64,000 nt of DNA, from IMG/VR virus record IMGVR_UViG_2757320985_000001. One strand, written 5' to 3'. Shown here piece after piece: positions 34,826-43,147 of this stretch. Both the position numbers and the translations under genes were made by a program. Position 1 is the stretch's first letter. Every line of letters starts with the position of its first letter. This DNA is from a virus. Taxonomy: Duplodnaviria; Heunggongvirae; Uroviricota; Caudoviricetes; Demerecviridae. The notes under the pieces were generated by a model that worked only from the letters and a program-made list of their open reading frames with translations, ran no database searches and was not told the origin of the DNA.

Positions 34826-35130
34826 TCGTACTCAATACGATTAGGGCTTTCTTGATACCCTTCGTCTAGGAGATCATTACGCATGGTCTCTTTAGCTACT
34901 GGGTTCGAGGTTACTAGTACCACTTTCTTGGGTCTCTGACCAAATTCTAGGAGTAATCGAAGAATTTGATAACCTTCCATACCATCTACAGCCAGATCGT
35001 TATCCATATAAACGAAATGTCCGGTGGTATCGGTTGTATTCAGAAACTCAATAGCGGCTTCGGGGGTTCGAATGATAATATCCATCCCATGCAGGTCACG
35101 AACATCATCAATCAGAATATGAAAAATCAT
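34813..35130 (-). CDS. orphan receiver (REC/CheY-like) domain protein
   Basis: LIDD acidic pair, YMDNDL Asp pocket, VVLVTS Thr/Ser and a conserved Lys, in a 105-aa protein. Confidence 0.45.
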   Translation of the reverse strand: MIFHILIDDVRDLHGMDIIIRTPEAAIEFLNTTDTTGHFVYMDNDLAVDGMEGYQILRLLLEFGQRPKKVVLVTSNPVAKETMRNDLLDEGYQESPNRIEYDWPE

Positions 35131-35569
35131 AATAGCCTCGTCTCATCAATTTAAAAATATATTATATAGAAAACTAAACTAATTAGCAAATACATTTTTA
35201 AATTGAGAGACTAGTAAACCGATAAACAGCCTAGAGGCGCCACAGGCCATATCTTATGAGCCATGTACCTTTGATCTAGGGTTTGAATCATCAACGAATA
35301 CTTTGCATCTTTTAGCTTTAGAAGGTTAGAAGTTTGAGTGCTTTTAACTTTTCAGCTTTCATACTTGAGCGTTGATCTTTGAAGTTGTGTTGGTACTACC
35401 AACGACCGTTTTTACAGTTCAGCTTAAGAGGCTGGTGTAATAAACATAATCTCCAATAGATTATACTTTATAGTATGGTCAGCGGTCTTATTTAACCTCG
35501 TATTTCAACCGCTGCTGCGAGGTAAGATGCTTGGGCTTTCGTCTACCGATTTACTAGTCTTTTAAATTA

Positions 35570-36208
35570 TTACTCTACTTCGATAAAAGTAGAGGCGTTG
35601 GACTCAGACAGAACAAAGTCAACGTTGGTTGCAAAGTCCTGGTATTCTTCGTCGTGTTGCTTGATCAGCTTTTCCAGCTCCAGCGGATCGATCAGGAACG
35701 GAGTGTTCTTGAGTTCCAGCAGGTTAAGCTGCATCTTAACTTCATCCTCGGAAGTCTTCTTGTCGCGGGTAGCCATGGTATCCTGCAAACGCTCATACTT
35801 GGCATCAAACTGAGCCTTCTGAGTGTTAAACTTAACAGTAGCAGCATGGAACTGCTTACGCATGTTAGCCAGCAACTGAGCCTTGAGTTCCATAGAACGC
35901 TTAGCTTCGATTGCTTCCGCAACAGTCATAGAGCGAGAGCCGATCTCTACAACAGTTTCAGCATTGCTCTTGATCAGCGCAGCTTTCAGACGATCACGCT
36001 GGGACATCATATCCAGCAGAGACTGGAAATCAGTCTTAATACGAGTAGACAGAGCATCTACTTCGATTGCAGCGCCAACTACAACTTGGTTCTTGTCCTT
36101 ACCTTCACCAACAGCAATCAAAAGCTGTTGTTCAGTAGCTTTACGGATTTTAGCTTCCAGAGACTTGATAGTTGCCAGAGCACGAGTTTTAGAGATACGA
36201 GTAGTCAT
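35570..36208 (-). CDS. abundant-type acidic coiled-coil protein, 212 aa (host-like codon usage)
   Basis: GC-rich codon choice distinct from the neighbours. Function unknown. Confidence 0.55.
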   Translation of the reverse strand: MTTRISKTRALATIKSLEAKIRKATEQQLLIAVGEGKDKNQVVVGAAIEVDALSTRIKTDFQSLLDMMSQRDRLKAALIKSNAETVVEIGSRSMTVAEAIEAKRSMELKAQLLANMRKQFHAATVKFNTQKAQFDAKYERLQDTMATRDKKTSEDEVKMQLNLLELKNTPFLIDPLELEKLIKQHDEEYQDFATNVDFVLSESNASTFIEVE

Positions 36209-36261
36209 TATTTGCTTCCTTATATGAAGTTTGAGATTTGAATTTGTTTTAAAATGGTCTA

Positions 36262-36444
36262 TTACAGACCGATTGCCAGCAGAGTGCGCAGAACAGTATC
36301 AGAACTGTTATCAATATTCGGATTAGCGCGATTCAGCACGTTAAAGATTTTCTGGATGCCGGACTGACGCTCAGCCATACGACGCAGACCCAGGTTACGT
36401 TTTGCTACTTTACCATTTTTACGGACGTTTTTAGATACTGGCAT
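36262..36444 (-). CDS. small basic protein, 60 aa
   Basis: ORF downstream of the promoter cassette at about 36460-36515. Confidence 0.45.
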   Translation of the reverse strand: MPVSKNVRKNGKVAKRNLGLRRMAERQSGIQKIFNVLNRANPNIDNSSDTVLRTLLAIGL

Positions 36445-36514
36445 AATTATTTTCCTTTTGTTGTTCTCTCAAATTTATGAATATATTATACAGAATTTTG
36501 GAGCTGAAAGCAAA

Positions 36515-37216
36515 TCAAATTTTGATTTTTTCGATCATGACGGCTACACAATAACTTTCAACTAAAGCATCGAATGCGGGATCATGTTTCACTGGATAGA
36601 TTCCATAACGAATGGTGTCCATCTTTTCCATTTTAGCTTTTGCCCAGCTAGCACCTTCGGCTTCTAGATCTTTATAGCTATAACCAGCTTGCATCCACTG
36701 ATTACGGAAAGATCGAACGTTACCTAAGTTCCAGAATTTCCACGGAACTATTTCTTCATGGGTTCCTGCATGGAACGTATTTGCAGAGTAGATTGTCATA
36801 TCAAACTCTGGGCCATTGCCGTAATACAGAGCATTATCTCCTAGAGACAATTCCATAATGTTCTGAGCCATAGAGAAGGCAGCATAATTAGAGCCTACGT
36901 CATTAGTGCAGTGATGCTTACCATCACGGAAGGCAATCAGTTTAGGATTACGACCATTTAGAGCCTCCATAATATGGAGCGCAGATGGACTGTTTTTAGC
37001 TTGATCCATCCAGAAAGCTAGGGTAGACGCTGTAACTTTAGCACCTGCATTAAGCTGGTCTTGAACGTCTAGAGTAACGAATACCAGATCAGGATCTTTA
37101 TCAATTCCGTGCATCGCTACAAAAGCGAAAGAAGGCATTGCAATATGAGTAGTACCGCAATTTCCTGGAGTACCTAGAGATTCAATGTCCAGCATACCAA
37201 AGGGCTTGAATTTCAT
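36515..37216 (-). CDS. DEDDh 3'-5' exonuclease (DnaQ-like)
   Basis: Exo I DIESLG ... Exo III H-x4-D (HDPAFDAL). Confidence 0.6.
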   Translation of the reverse strand: MKFKPFGMLDIESLGTPGNCGTTHIAMPSFAFVAMHGIDKDPDLVFVTLDVQDQLNAGAKVTASTLAFWMDQAKNSPSALHIMEALNGRNPKLIAFRDGKHHCTNDVGSNYAAFSMAQNIMELSLGDNALYYGNGPEFDMTIYSANTFHAGTHEEIVPWKFWNLGNVRSFRNQWMQAGYSYKDLEAEGASWAKAKMEKMDTIRYGIYPVKHDPAFDALVESYCVAVMIEKIKI

Positions 37217-37246
37217 AATTATGTCCTTTATTGTTGTAGAAAACTA

Positions 37247-37459
37247 TTAAAGAGCTGTCTCTTTAATAGACTCCCACTGTTTGGGGTCTTTCAGAGGAAG
37301 TTCCTCTTCTTCAAACAGGTCTGTTCCATTTTCACTAACATCCCAGTTTTCTTCCATGATTTCTTCTAGAAGCTCATGTTTAGAAAGACGAGTGTAGTCT
37401 CTAGCAGACTTGTGAGTGCTAGCACGGTTAAAATCATTCTTTGCAACGAAGTTACGCAT
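37247..37459 (-). CDS. hypothetical acidic protein, 70 aa
   Basis: ORF track. Confidence 0.4.
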   Translation of the reverse strand: MRNFVAKNDFNRASTHKSARDYTRLSKHELLEEIMEENWDVSENGTDLFEEEELPLKDPKQWESIKETAL

Positions 37460-37500
37460 AGTTTCTCCAAATAAGAGGGGCTTTCGCCCCCTGATTTAAA

Positions 37501-37716
37501 TTACTTGCCCAGCAGTTTAAGGATATTTTCCTTAATAGTTTGAGCAGATTTTTCACTCTTATTGGTTTCAGCCAGTTTCAGAGCGAGTTCTTCCTGCTGT
37601 TTCTGAATATCAGCAGCAGTTTTCTGGTCAGCTTCAATACGAGCTTGAAGTTCATCAGTAATAGTGGTAAAGGAAGCAACGATTTCAGTAACGGAACGTG
37701 GTTTCTTAGAGAACAT
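37501..37716 (-). CDS. coiled-coil small protein, 71 aa
   Basis: ORF track. Confidence 0.4.
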   Translation of the reverse strand: MFSKKPRSVTEIVASFTTITDELQARIEADQKTAADIQKQQEELALKLAETNKSEKSAQTIKENILKLLGK

Positions 37717-37777
37717 AAAAATATCCTTAATTAGTCAGAGAAAGAGTTAGTATATGGGGCTTTCGCCCCATCAATCA

Positions 37778-38293
37778 TTACTTCGCTTTACGCTTACGAG
37801 TAGGTTTAGCGGATTTACGATCAGAAGCACCAGTAAACTTAATACCGATACCGTAGCACAGAGCGCGAACGTTGTCACGGCTATACTCTACACCGAAAAT
37901 ATTCGGTTTAACGGAGCCAAACTGTCCACGGGATTCACGCATTACGTCAGCCATTGGCTTACGCTTCTGATTGACTGCTTTTTCGTAGTCTTTCAGAGCC
38001 ATACCGTTGCGGGCGAACATCTCAGCACCGCCGTTAAAGCTCAGAGTTACCGGTACAGACTTATGACCTTCACCCTTGATGAACACAACCTGCTTAGCAG
38101 TTGCGCGAGTAGAGTTCTTGGCCTTCGGCTTCTGGCGAACCGGAGCCGCAGACTTCAGGGCAGTCTGAGCCTGAGCATCAGTAGGATGCTTACGCAGATG
38201 ACGTTCCAGACGAGCCTTACGATTGGCTTCGGTCTGAGCGAAAGTTTTAACTGCCGGAGCTGCCTGAGTTTTTGCGTTTTTCTGCTTAGCCAT
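37778..38293 (-). CDS. highly basic (Lys/Ala-rich) probable nucleic-acid-binding protein, 171 aa
   Basis: K/R/A-rich termini. Host-like codon usage. Promoter cassette lies upstream at about 38305-38370. Confidence 0.55.
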   Translation of the reverse strand: MAKQKNAKTQAAPAVKTFAQTEANRKARLERHLRKHPTDAQAQTALKSAAPVRQKPKAKNSTRATAKQVVFIKGEGHKSVPVTLSFNGGAEMFARNGMALKDYEKAVNQKRKPMADVMRESRGQFGSVKPNIFGVEYSRDNVRALCYGIGIKFTGASDRKSAKPTRKRKAK

Positions 38294-38376
38294 TATTTGT
38301 TTTCCTTTTTGTTGATCAATTTATGAGATATATTATACGAAATTTTGAAGCGTTTAGCAAATGAATTTTTTAAAAA

Positions 38377-38655
38377 TTATCTGCCGATCATCTTAGCTTG
38401 TTCCTCACTGGAAACGTACTGATAACCACCCTTGTTATATGCAGGAGCAGTACACAGTTTCTTGCGCTCAATTTCTTCTTGAGCTTTGCGTTCCCTTTCG
38501 GCTAATTCTTCATCTAGATAAACTAGACGCTGCTCCGGAGGTGGTGGAAGCCTAGTTTCTGGCTCACCAATATTTGCCTTTCTGATCTGACGCGGAGATT
38601 GTGCGCGTTTTCTCAAAGGTTTAAATCCTAATGAATTTGAGTTGTAAATTCGCAT
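38377..38655 (-). CDS. hypothetical protein, 92 aa
   Basis: ORF downstream of the promoter cassette at about 38655-38725. Confidence 0.45.
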   Translation of the reverse strand: MRIYNSNSLGFKPLRKRAQSPRQIRKANIGEPETRLPPPPEQRLVYLDEELAERERKAQEEIERKKLCTAPAYNKGGYQYVSSEEQAKMIGR

Positions 38656-38731
38656 AAAGCCCTCCTCACTTTCAATACGAATATTATACTAAATTCGAGG
38701 GCTTTAAGCAAGTGAATTTTTAAATTATTTA

Positions 38732-39220
38732 TTACATCTCAGCAAGTTCTTGCTCAGTAATTACAGTATTGCATAGAGCATCAACTTCTTCATTACCACG
38801 AATACCTGAGTGACCTTTAACCTTAACAAAGGTTGGATTGGTATCATGGAAGTTAATATACTGTTGAGTTAGTTTAAATGCTTCTTGCCAGAGTTCTAGA
38901 TTAAGAGGAGTTTCACCATCTCCCTTCTTCCAGCCTTTCTTCTGCCAAGACCACATCCAGCTTTCCATACCATTTTTGCAGTAAGCAGAATCAGTGTAGA
39001 TAATTACTGGACGATTATCTTTCTTAGTAGACCAACGAAGAACTTCTACAATTGCAGTAAGTTCCATTTCGTTATTAGTAGTTTTAGGGCTGAAGCCAGA
39101 TTTAGAGCCAATACGATCATCATTATCATTATAGACAACGAATCCCCACGCACCTAAACCAGGATTGCCTTTACATGCACCATCTGTATATATGTGGAAA
39201 ACCGACATTATTTGCTCCAA
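38732..39220 (-). CDS. rnhA: ribonuclease HI
   Basis: HIYTDGACKGNPG ... ELTAI ... IYTDS ... motifs of RNase H1. Confidence 0.85.
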   Translation of the reverse strand: MEQIMSVFHIYTDGACKGNPGLGAWGFVVYNDNDDRIGSKSGFSPKTTNNEMELTAIVEVLRWSTKKDNRPVIIYTDSAYCKNGMESWMWSWQKKGWKKGDGETPLNLELWQEAFKLTQQYINFHDTNPTFVKVKGHSGIRGNEEVDALCNTVITEQELAEM

Positions 39221-39477
39221 TCAATTTCAAGCCAAAAACCTTCACGCTGTTCATACTTAGCTTCTACAACATAACCTAGTTTGCTAAGTTTTTGCATGAC
39301 GCTATTTCTAGCGTTTTCTGAGTATTCAGTTAATCCCTGGATGTGACAGTTAAATTCTTTATCTTTAATAGCTTTGTCAATCTCTACGGCAATAAGTGAT
39401 TCTAGGTCAATTACTTCCTTTTTAATGCTAGCAATAGTATTTTGTTTTGCTTCTAAAGCAGATAAAAGAATAGACAT
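39208..39477 (-). CDS. hypothetical protein, 89 aa
   Basis: ORF track. Confidence 0.45.
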   Translation of the reverse strand: MSILLSALEAKQNTIASIKKEVIDLESLIAVEIDKAIKDKEFNCHIQGLTEYSENARNSVMQKLSKLGYVVEAKYEQREGFWLEIDWSK

Positions 39478-39479
39478 AT

Positions 39480-40058
39480 TTATTCTCCAATTACTAAAAC
39501 ATCATGTTGAGAAGATACACCACACATATAATCTGCACAATGCGTAAAAGCCAGATCAATGATTTCAAATATATCATCTACATCTAAATCTGTGGCTCGA
39601 CAATCCGCAATAGCTAAACCTGTACGAATACTGGAAAGTACATCTTCTCCTCCACAGCCTACACCGGCATATTCAACTTCTAGAATAGAAGCATTAGATT
39701 GGAAAATAAAGATTCTTCCTTTGTAGAGCATAATAAATTGTCCCAGATTAGGTTCAGCATATTTTTCATTTTTCTTTTCGCCAAAATCTTTCTGGTTAAA
39801 CATATCACGTAATTTAGGTACTATTTCCGTATATAAATATTTATCATCAGAAATATCTGCTAAACGTGGTGGTACAGTAAAGCTATGCTCTAGTAATTGT
39901 CCCATGTAGAAGGAACTAGTGTATCCGAAGTACAAATCATCAGAGATTTTGAATACTTTCGGATTTTTAACCAGCAGTTTCGTATAGCCATTAGAACCCA
40001 TACGATCACCAGCTAAGTATACTTTATCTTTATATTTAAATGCTACTATGGCTGTCAT
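39480..40058 (-). CDS. HslV-like Ntn-hydrolase peptidase (proteasome beta-subunit homologue)
   Basis: N-terminus MTAIVAFKYKDKVYLAGDRMGSNGYT parallels HslV [25 protein letters not shown], with Thr as the first residue after Met. GVGCGG Gly-rich loop. Promoter cassette lies upstream at about 40065-40130. Confidence 0.55.
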   Translation of the reverse strand: MTAIVAFKYKDKVYLAGDRMGSNGYTKLLVKNPKVFKISDDLYFGYTSSFYMGQLLEHSFTVPPRLADISDDKYLYTEIVPKLRDMFNQKDFGEKKNEKYAEPNLGQFIMLYKGRIFIFQSNASILEVEYAGVGCGGEDVLSSIRTGLAIADCRATDLDVDDIFEIIDLAFTHCADYMCGVSSQHDVLVIGE

Positions 40059-40156
40059 TATTAAATCCTTCTGTCAAATTAGAAGTATATTATATTTGAA
40101 TTTCACTCAGTAAGCAAATGAAATTTAAATATAATAGCCCCGAAGGGCTATTTGAA

Positions 40157-40510
40157 TTAGATTATAATCAAGATTATTAGGGCGTATGTCAGATAATGCA
40201 GTAACTGATCAAATCCTAAAGCTATCCAAAACTTAGCATCGCTTATAGCGTATTTACAGCGTTGTGCTTTCCAATAATCTATAATAAAGTGTAGAATTAA
40301 TTCCATAATAGCTAAAGCTATAGACATTCCTGGTGATGTGAATAGGATTAGAATTGCAAATGTTAATCCAGCATGTACTAGCGAATGGGTTAATAATGGA
40401 AGTTTCCACCCTATTTTATGCGTCTTTCTTAGCATATATGGTGTTTGGAGTGGATAATCGGCCATAAAATGTTTTAGAAAGAATATGACAAATAATAGTA
40501 TAATTAACAT
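40157..40510 (-). CDS. membrane protein, 117 aa
   Basis: Multiple hydrophobic helices. Confidence 0.5.
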   Translation of the reverse strand: MLIILLFVIFFLKHFMADYPLQTPYMLRKTHKIGWKLPLLTHSLVHAGLTFAILILFTSPGMSIALAIMELILHFIIDYWKAQRCKYAISDAKFWIALGFDQLLHYLTYALIILIII

Positions 40511-40513
40511 ATG

Positions 40514-41368
40514 TTACACCGTAAATGGATATGCAATAGCAGGATGGTGTTCATAGCCACGAACAGTAAAATCATCCTTACTTACCCACGTTAATACATC
40601 ATCCAAAGTTCTAATATTTGGATTGATTTCTAAAGTAGGAGGTGCAAAAGGTTCACGATCGAATTGCTTGTGCTCCATCAGAACATTATACTGATCTTCA
40701 TAGATATGAAGATTAATAATCTTTTGACGAGCAATACCTGGCTTAAGACCTGTAATCTGTGCCATAATAGCTAGAAGTGCATAGCATTGCACCATATTAA
40801 ATACTTGGCCCAGCAAGAAATCATTAGACCTCTGGAAAGAGTTTAGGTATAGTGTATCACCTAAAATAGAGAATTGATGGGTATGCATACACGGACGTAG
40901 GCATCCTTTACGAAATTCCCCAGGGTTCCAAAAAGTTAAAATTTCTCCACGATCGTCAATCCCTCTTTTCAAATTATGATAGACTTTGGCTAACTGATCA
41001 AATACCATACCATCAGAATTAGTCCAATGACGTCCTTGAACACCATAGACTCGTCCCATATCATCCTCGCCTTTACGGAATGGATTACCTAGCCAGGCAA
41101 TATTTTCATTTGCATTAGCATTCCATGTATTAACACCAATAGCGCGGAATTGTGCTGCTGAGTCGTACCCACGGAGATATCCGATCATTTCCATTATTGC
41201 TTGTTTAGCAAATGCTTTACGAGTAGTTACTAGCGGCAGTTCTCCTGCTCCTACGTTAAAGGTAAAGTCTGCATCAATAATGGTTAGGCAACGAACCCCT
41301 GTTCTAGGATTCGTTACCCATACACCCTCTTCAAGAATACGTTTTCCAGTTTCAATATATTGCTTCAT
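40514..41368 (-). CDS. thyA: thymidylate synthase (ThyA)
   Basis: [10 protein letters not shown] (catalytic Cys context), [13 protein letters not shown]-terminus matches ThyA. Confidence 0.85.
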   Translation of the reverse strand: MKQYIETGKRILEEGVWVTNPRTGVRCLTIIDADFTFNVGAGELPLVTTRKAFAKQAIMEMIGYLRGYDSAAQFRAIGVNTWNANANENIAWLGNPFRKGEDDMGRVYGVQGRHWTNSDGMVFDQLAKVYHNLKRGIDDRGEILTFWNPGEFRKGCLRPCMHTHQFSILGDTLYLNSFQRSNDFLLGQVFNMVQCYALLAIMAQITGLKPGIARQKIINLHIYEDQYNVLMEHKQFDREPFAPPTLEINPNIRTLDDVLTWVSKDDFTVRGYEHHPAIAYPFTV

Positions 41369-41895
41369 TTAAATATCACCAATTCTTGTAAGAATGAAAG
41401 CGTTTTATCTGCATTCTGTCCTGCCACATAGTCCATTCTAGTTGCCATTGAATTAGTTAAAGTAATATGATGATGCAGATGTACATCAGCAGATAATGGT
41501 GTGGCTGAAGTAATAGTAGAGATATACGCCATATCTAGATGATTTTTGACATACATTTCAAGAAGCAGAGTTGCTCCCCCTAATACTACAGTTACCTCTT
41601 CCTTGAGAAAATCAGGCAGACGGTATCCAATGTTGCTTATGCGTGTAGCTGATCTTATAGAGTTCAGTAGTGGTCTATTTGCATAAATAAATAGGTCAGA
41701 ATCTCCTAGTATTCTTTTTTGCAGAGTCTCAGGGAATGCTAACCAAGTTCCTGCTCCTACAATAATATTGTCAGGTGCCAGAGAATCCAATGTAGCATAG
41801 AAGATATCTAGTTCTTCTTTGAAAGAACCCCAGGGGAGCTTACCATTGAGGCCGAACTCCCCATTCGGCCCAGTTGCATAGATTGCTGCTATCAT
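41365..41895 (-). CDS. frd: dihydrofolate reductase
   Basis: IAAI...G..G..LPW, VGAGTW and VLGGATLL motifs. Confidence 0.8.
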   Translation of the reverse strand: MIAAIYATGPNGEFGLNGKLPWGSFKEELDIFYATLDSLAPDNIIVGAGTWLAFPETLQKRILGDSDLFIYANRPLLNSIRSATRISNIGYRLPDFLKEEVTVVLGGATLLLEMYVKNHLDMAYISTITSATPLSADVHLHHHITLTNSMATRMDYVAGQNADKTLSFLQELVIFK

Positions 41896-43040
41896 TAGAA
41901 CATGCCCTCAAATTCGTTACCCAGATCTTTCAGGGTATCAGCAGAAGTTTCAGTTACCTGACCCACACGATATGCTGCACCAATCTGGATTTCTTGTGGG
42001 GCAGGCTGTAAGGAAGTAGTATCCAGCCAGTTCATAATCCACGGAATAGGGTTCTTAGTAATTACAGGTAAGTGGCTTGGCCATTCTACACCAATGTGCA
42101 TAAATGCGTTACGTCCTACAAAGTAAAGGTATTCTTCAAGCAATTCTGCGTTCAAACCAATCAGACTGCGGCCTTTAAAGATAAAGTGGCCCCATTCAAT
42201 CTCAGTTTTCAGAGTTTTTAGGAGTTGTGCTGGTGCTTTAGCTAATGCTTCGTCTACCAGATCTTTATCAAACTGCTGGAACATAATCTGGATGATAGCT
42301 TTAGACATTTGAGTATGTAGAGCTTCATCTTTAGCGATTAATTGCAGGTTCTTAGCAATACCTTGCAGAATATCGTTCTCTGCTAGAGCAAAGGTACATG
42401 CAAAGGATGCGTAGAACTGCATTGCTTCCAGACCGTAGATTGCAAAGTAAGCATCTAACAGCTTAGCCTGAGTTTCACGTTTAACTTCAGGGAACTCAGT
42501 TTCTGGATAAGTATTATCACCACGATGATTACGTACTGCAAGGAAATACTGACCTAACAGATACAATTCATCAAACAGTTCAACAGAATCTGCGATACGT
42601 GCAAATGCTTCTTGGTTTTTAGTTACAGAATCAATAAATTCTGCTGGATCAGTCAGAACGTTACGAATAATATTACTATACGCACGGCTGTGCAGATCTT
42701 CGAAGTAGCTCCACTGCTTGAGCATACCCTCCAATTCAGGACGGCTTACAAGCGGCATAATAGCTGCTTCAGGAGCACGGCTAATGAAAGAATCTGTTTG
42801 GGTCTGCCATGCTAAGTTCAGGAGAGTAATTTCCTGAATATCACGCGGAAGGTTTGGCCATTGTTTCTTATCGGCTTCCAGACTGATTTCAGTTTCAGTC
42901 CAAAATTGAGAACGTTGCAGAAGTGCTAGACGCTCAAGTTCAGGATGTGCTACACGAACGTAATCTGCGATACCAAGAGAATCGCCCAGGAAAAGGTCAG
43001 CGTTAGTATGATCCCAATTCAGGTTTAGTAAAGTAGTCAT
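41895..43040 (-). CDS. nrdB: ribonucleotide reductase class Ia beta subunit
   Basis: 381 aa with the R2 di-iron ligand pattern. Lies adjacent to nrdA. Confidence 0.85.
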   Translation of the reverse strand: MTTLLNLNWDHTNADLFLGDSLGIADYVRVAHPELERLALLQRSQFWTETEISLEADKKQWPNLPRDIQEITLLNLAWQTQTDSFISRAPEAAIMPLVSRPELEGMLKQWSYFEDLHSRAYSNIIRNVLTDPAEFIDSVTKNQEAFARIADSVELFDELYLLGQYFLAVRNHRGDNTYPETEFPEVKRETQAKLLDAYFAIYGLEAMQFYASFACTFALAENDILQGIAKNLQLIAKDEALHTQMSKAIIQIMFQQFDKDLVDEALAKAPAQLLKTLKTEIEWGHFIFKGRSLIGLNAELLEEYLYFVGRNAFMHIGVEWPSHLPVITKNPIPWIMNWLDTTSLQPAPQEIQIGAAYRVGQVTETSADTLKDLGNEFEGMF

Positions 43041-43147
43041 TGATTTTCCTCTTTCTCACTATTTCAGGAATATTATAGCAAATCTGGTAGCGATTAGCAA
43101 GTAAAATTTCAAAGAAAAAAGGAGACCCGAAGATCTCCTTGTTTTTA

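Noticed and set aside
35654-36241. Plus-strand ORFs (35598-35813, 35654-36241, 35883-36227) antisense to the 212-aa minus gene
   Set aside because: They are low-complexity Ser/Leu-rich translations of the antisense of a GC-rich gene. No promoter or RBS is present, and the minus ORF has a strong expression context.
37754-38326. 190-aa plus-strand ORF antisense to the basic protein gene
   Set aside because: Same situation. It is the antisense of a codon-biased gene and has no start context.
39208-40058. T4-style gene order 59/33/dsbA/rnh interpretation
   Set aside because: The rnh here is bacterial-type RNase HI, not T4 FEN-like RnhA. Neighbours do not resemble gp59 or gp33. The T4 frame was abandoned in favour of T5-like.
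40514-41368. Possible dCMP hydroxymethylase (T4 gene 42-like) assignment
   Set aside because: The catalytic-site context and C-terminus match ThyA, not T4 dCMP HMase. No other hydroxymethyl-dC pathway genes (glucosyltransferases, dCTPase) were seen. The call is thymidylate synthase.
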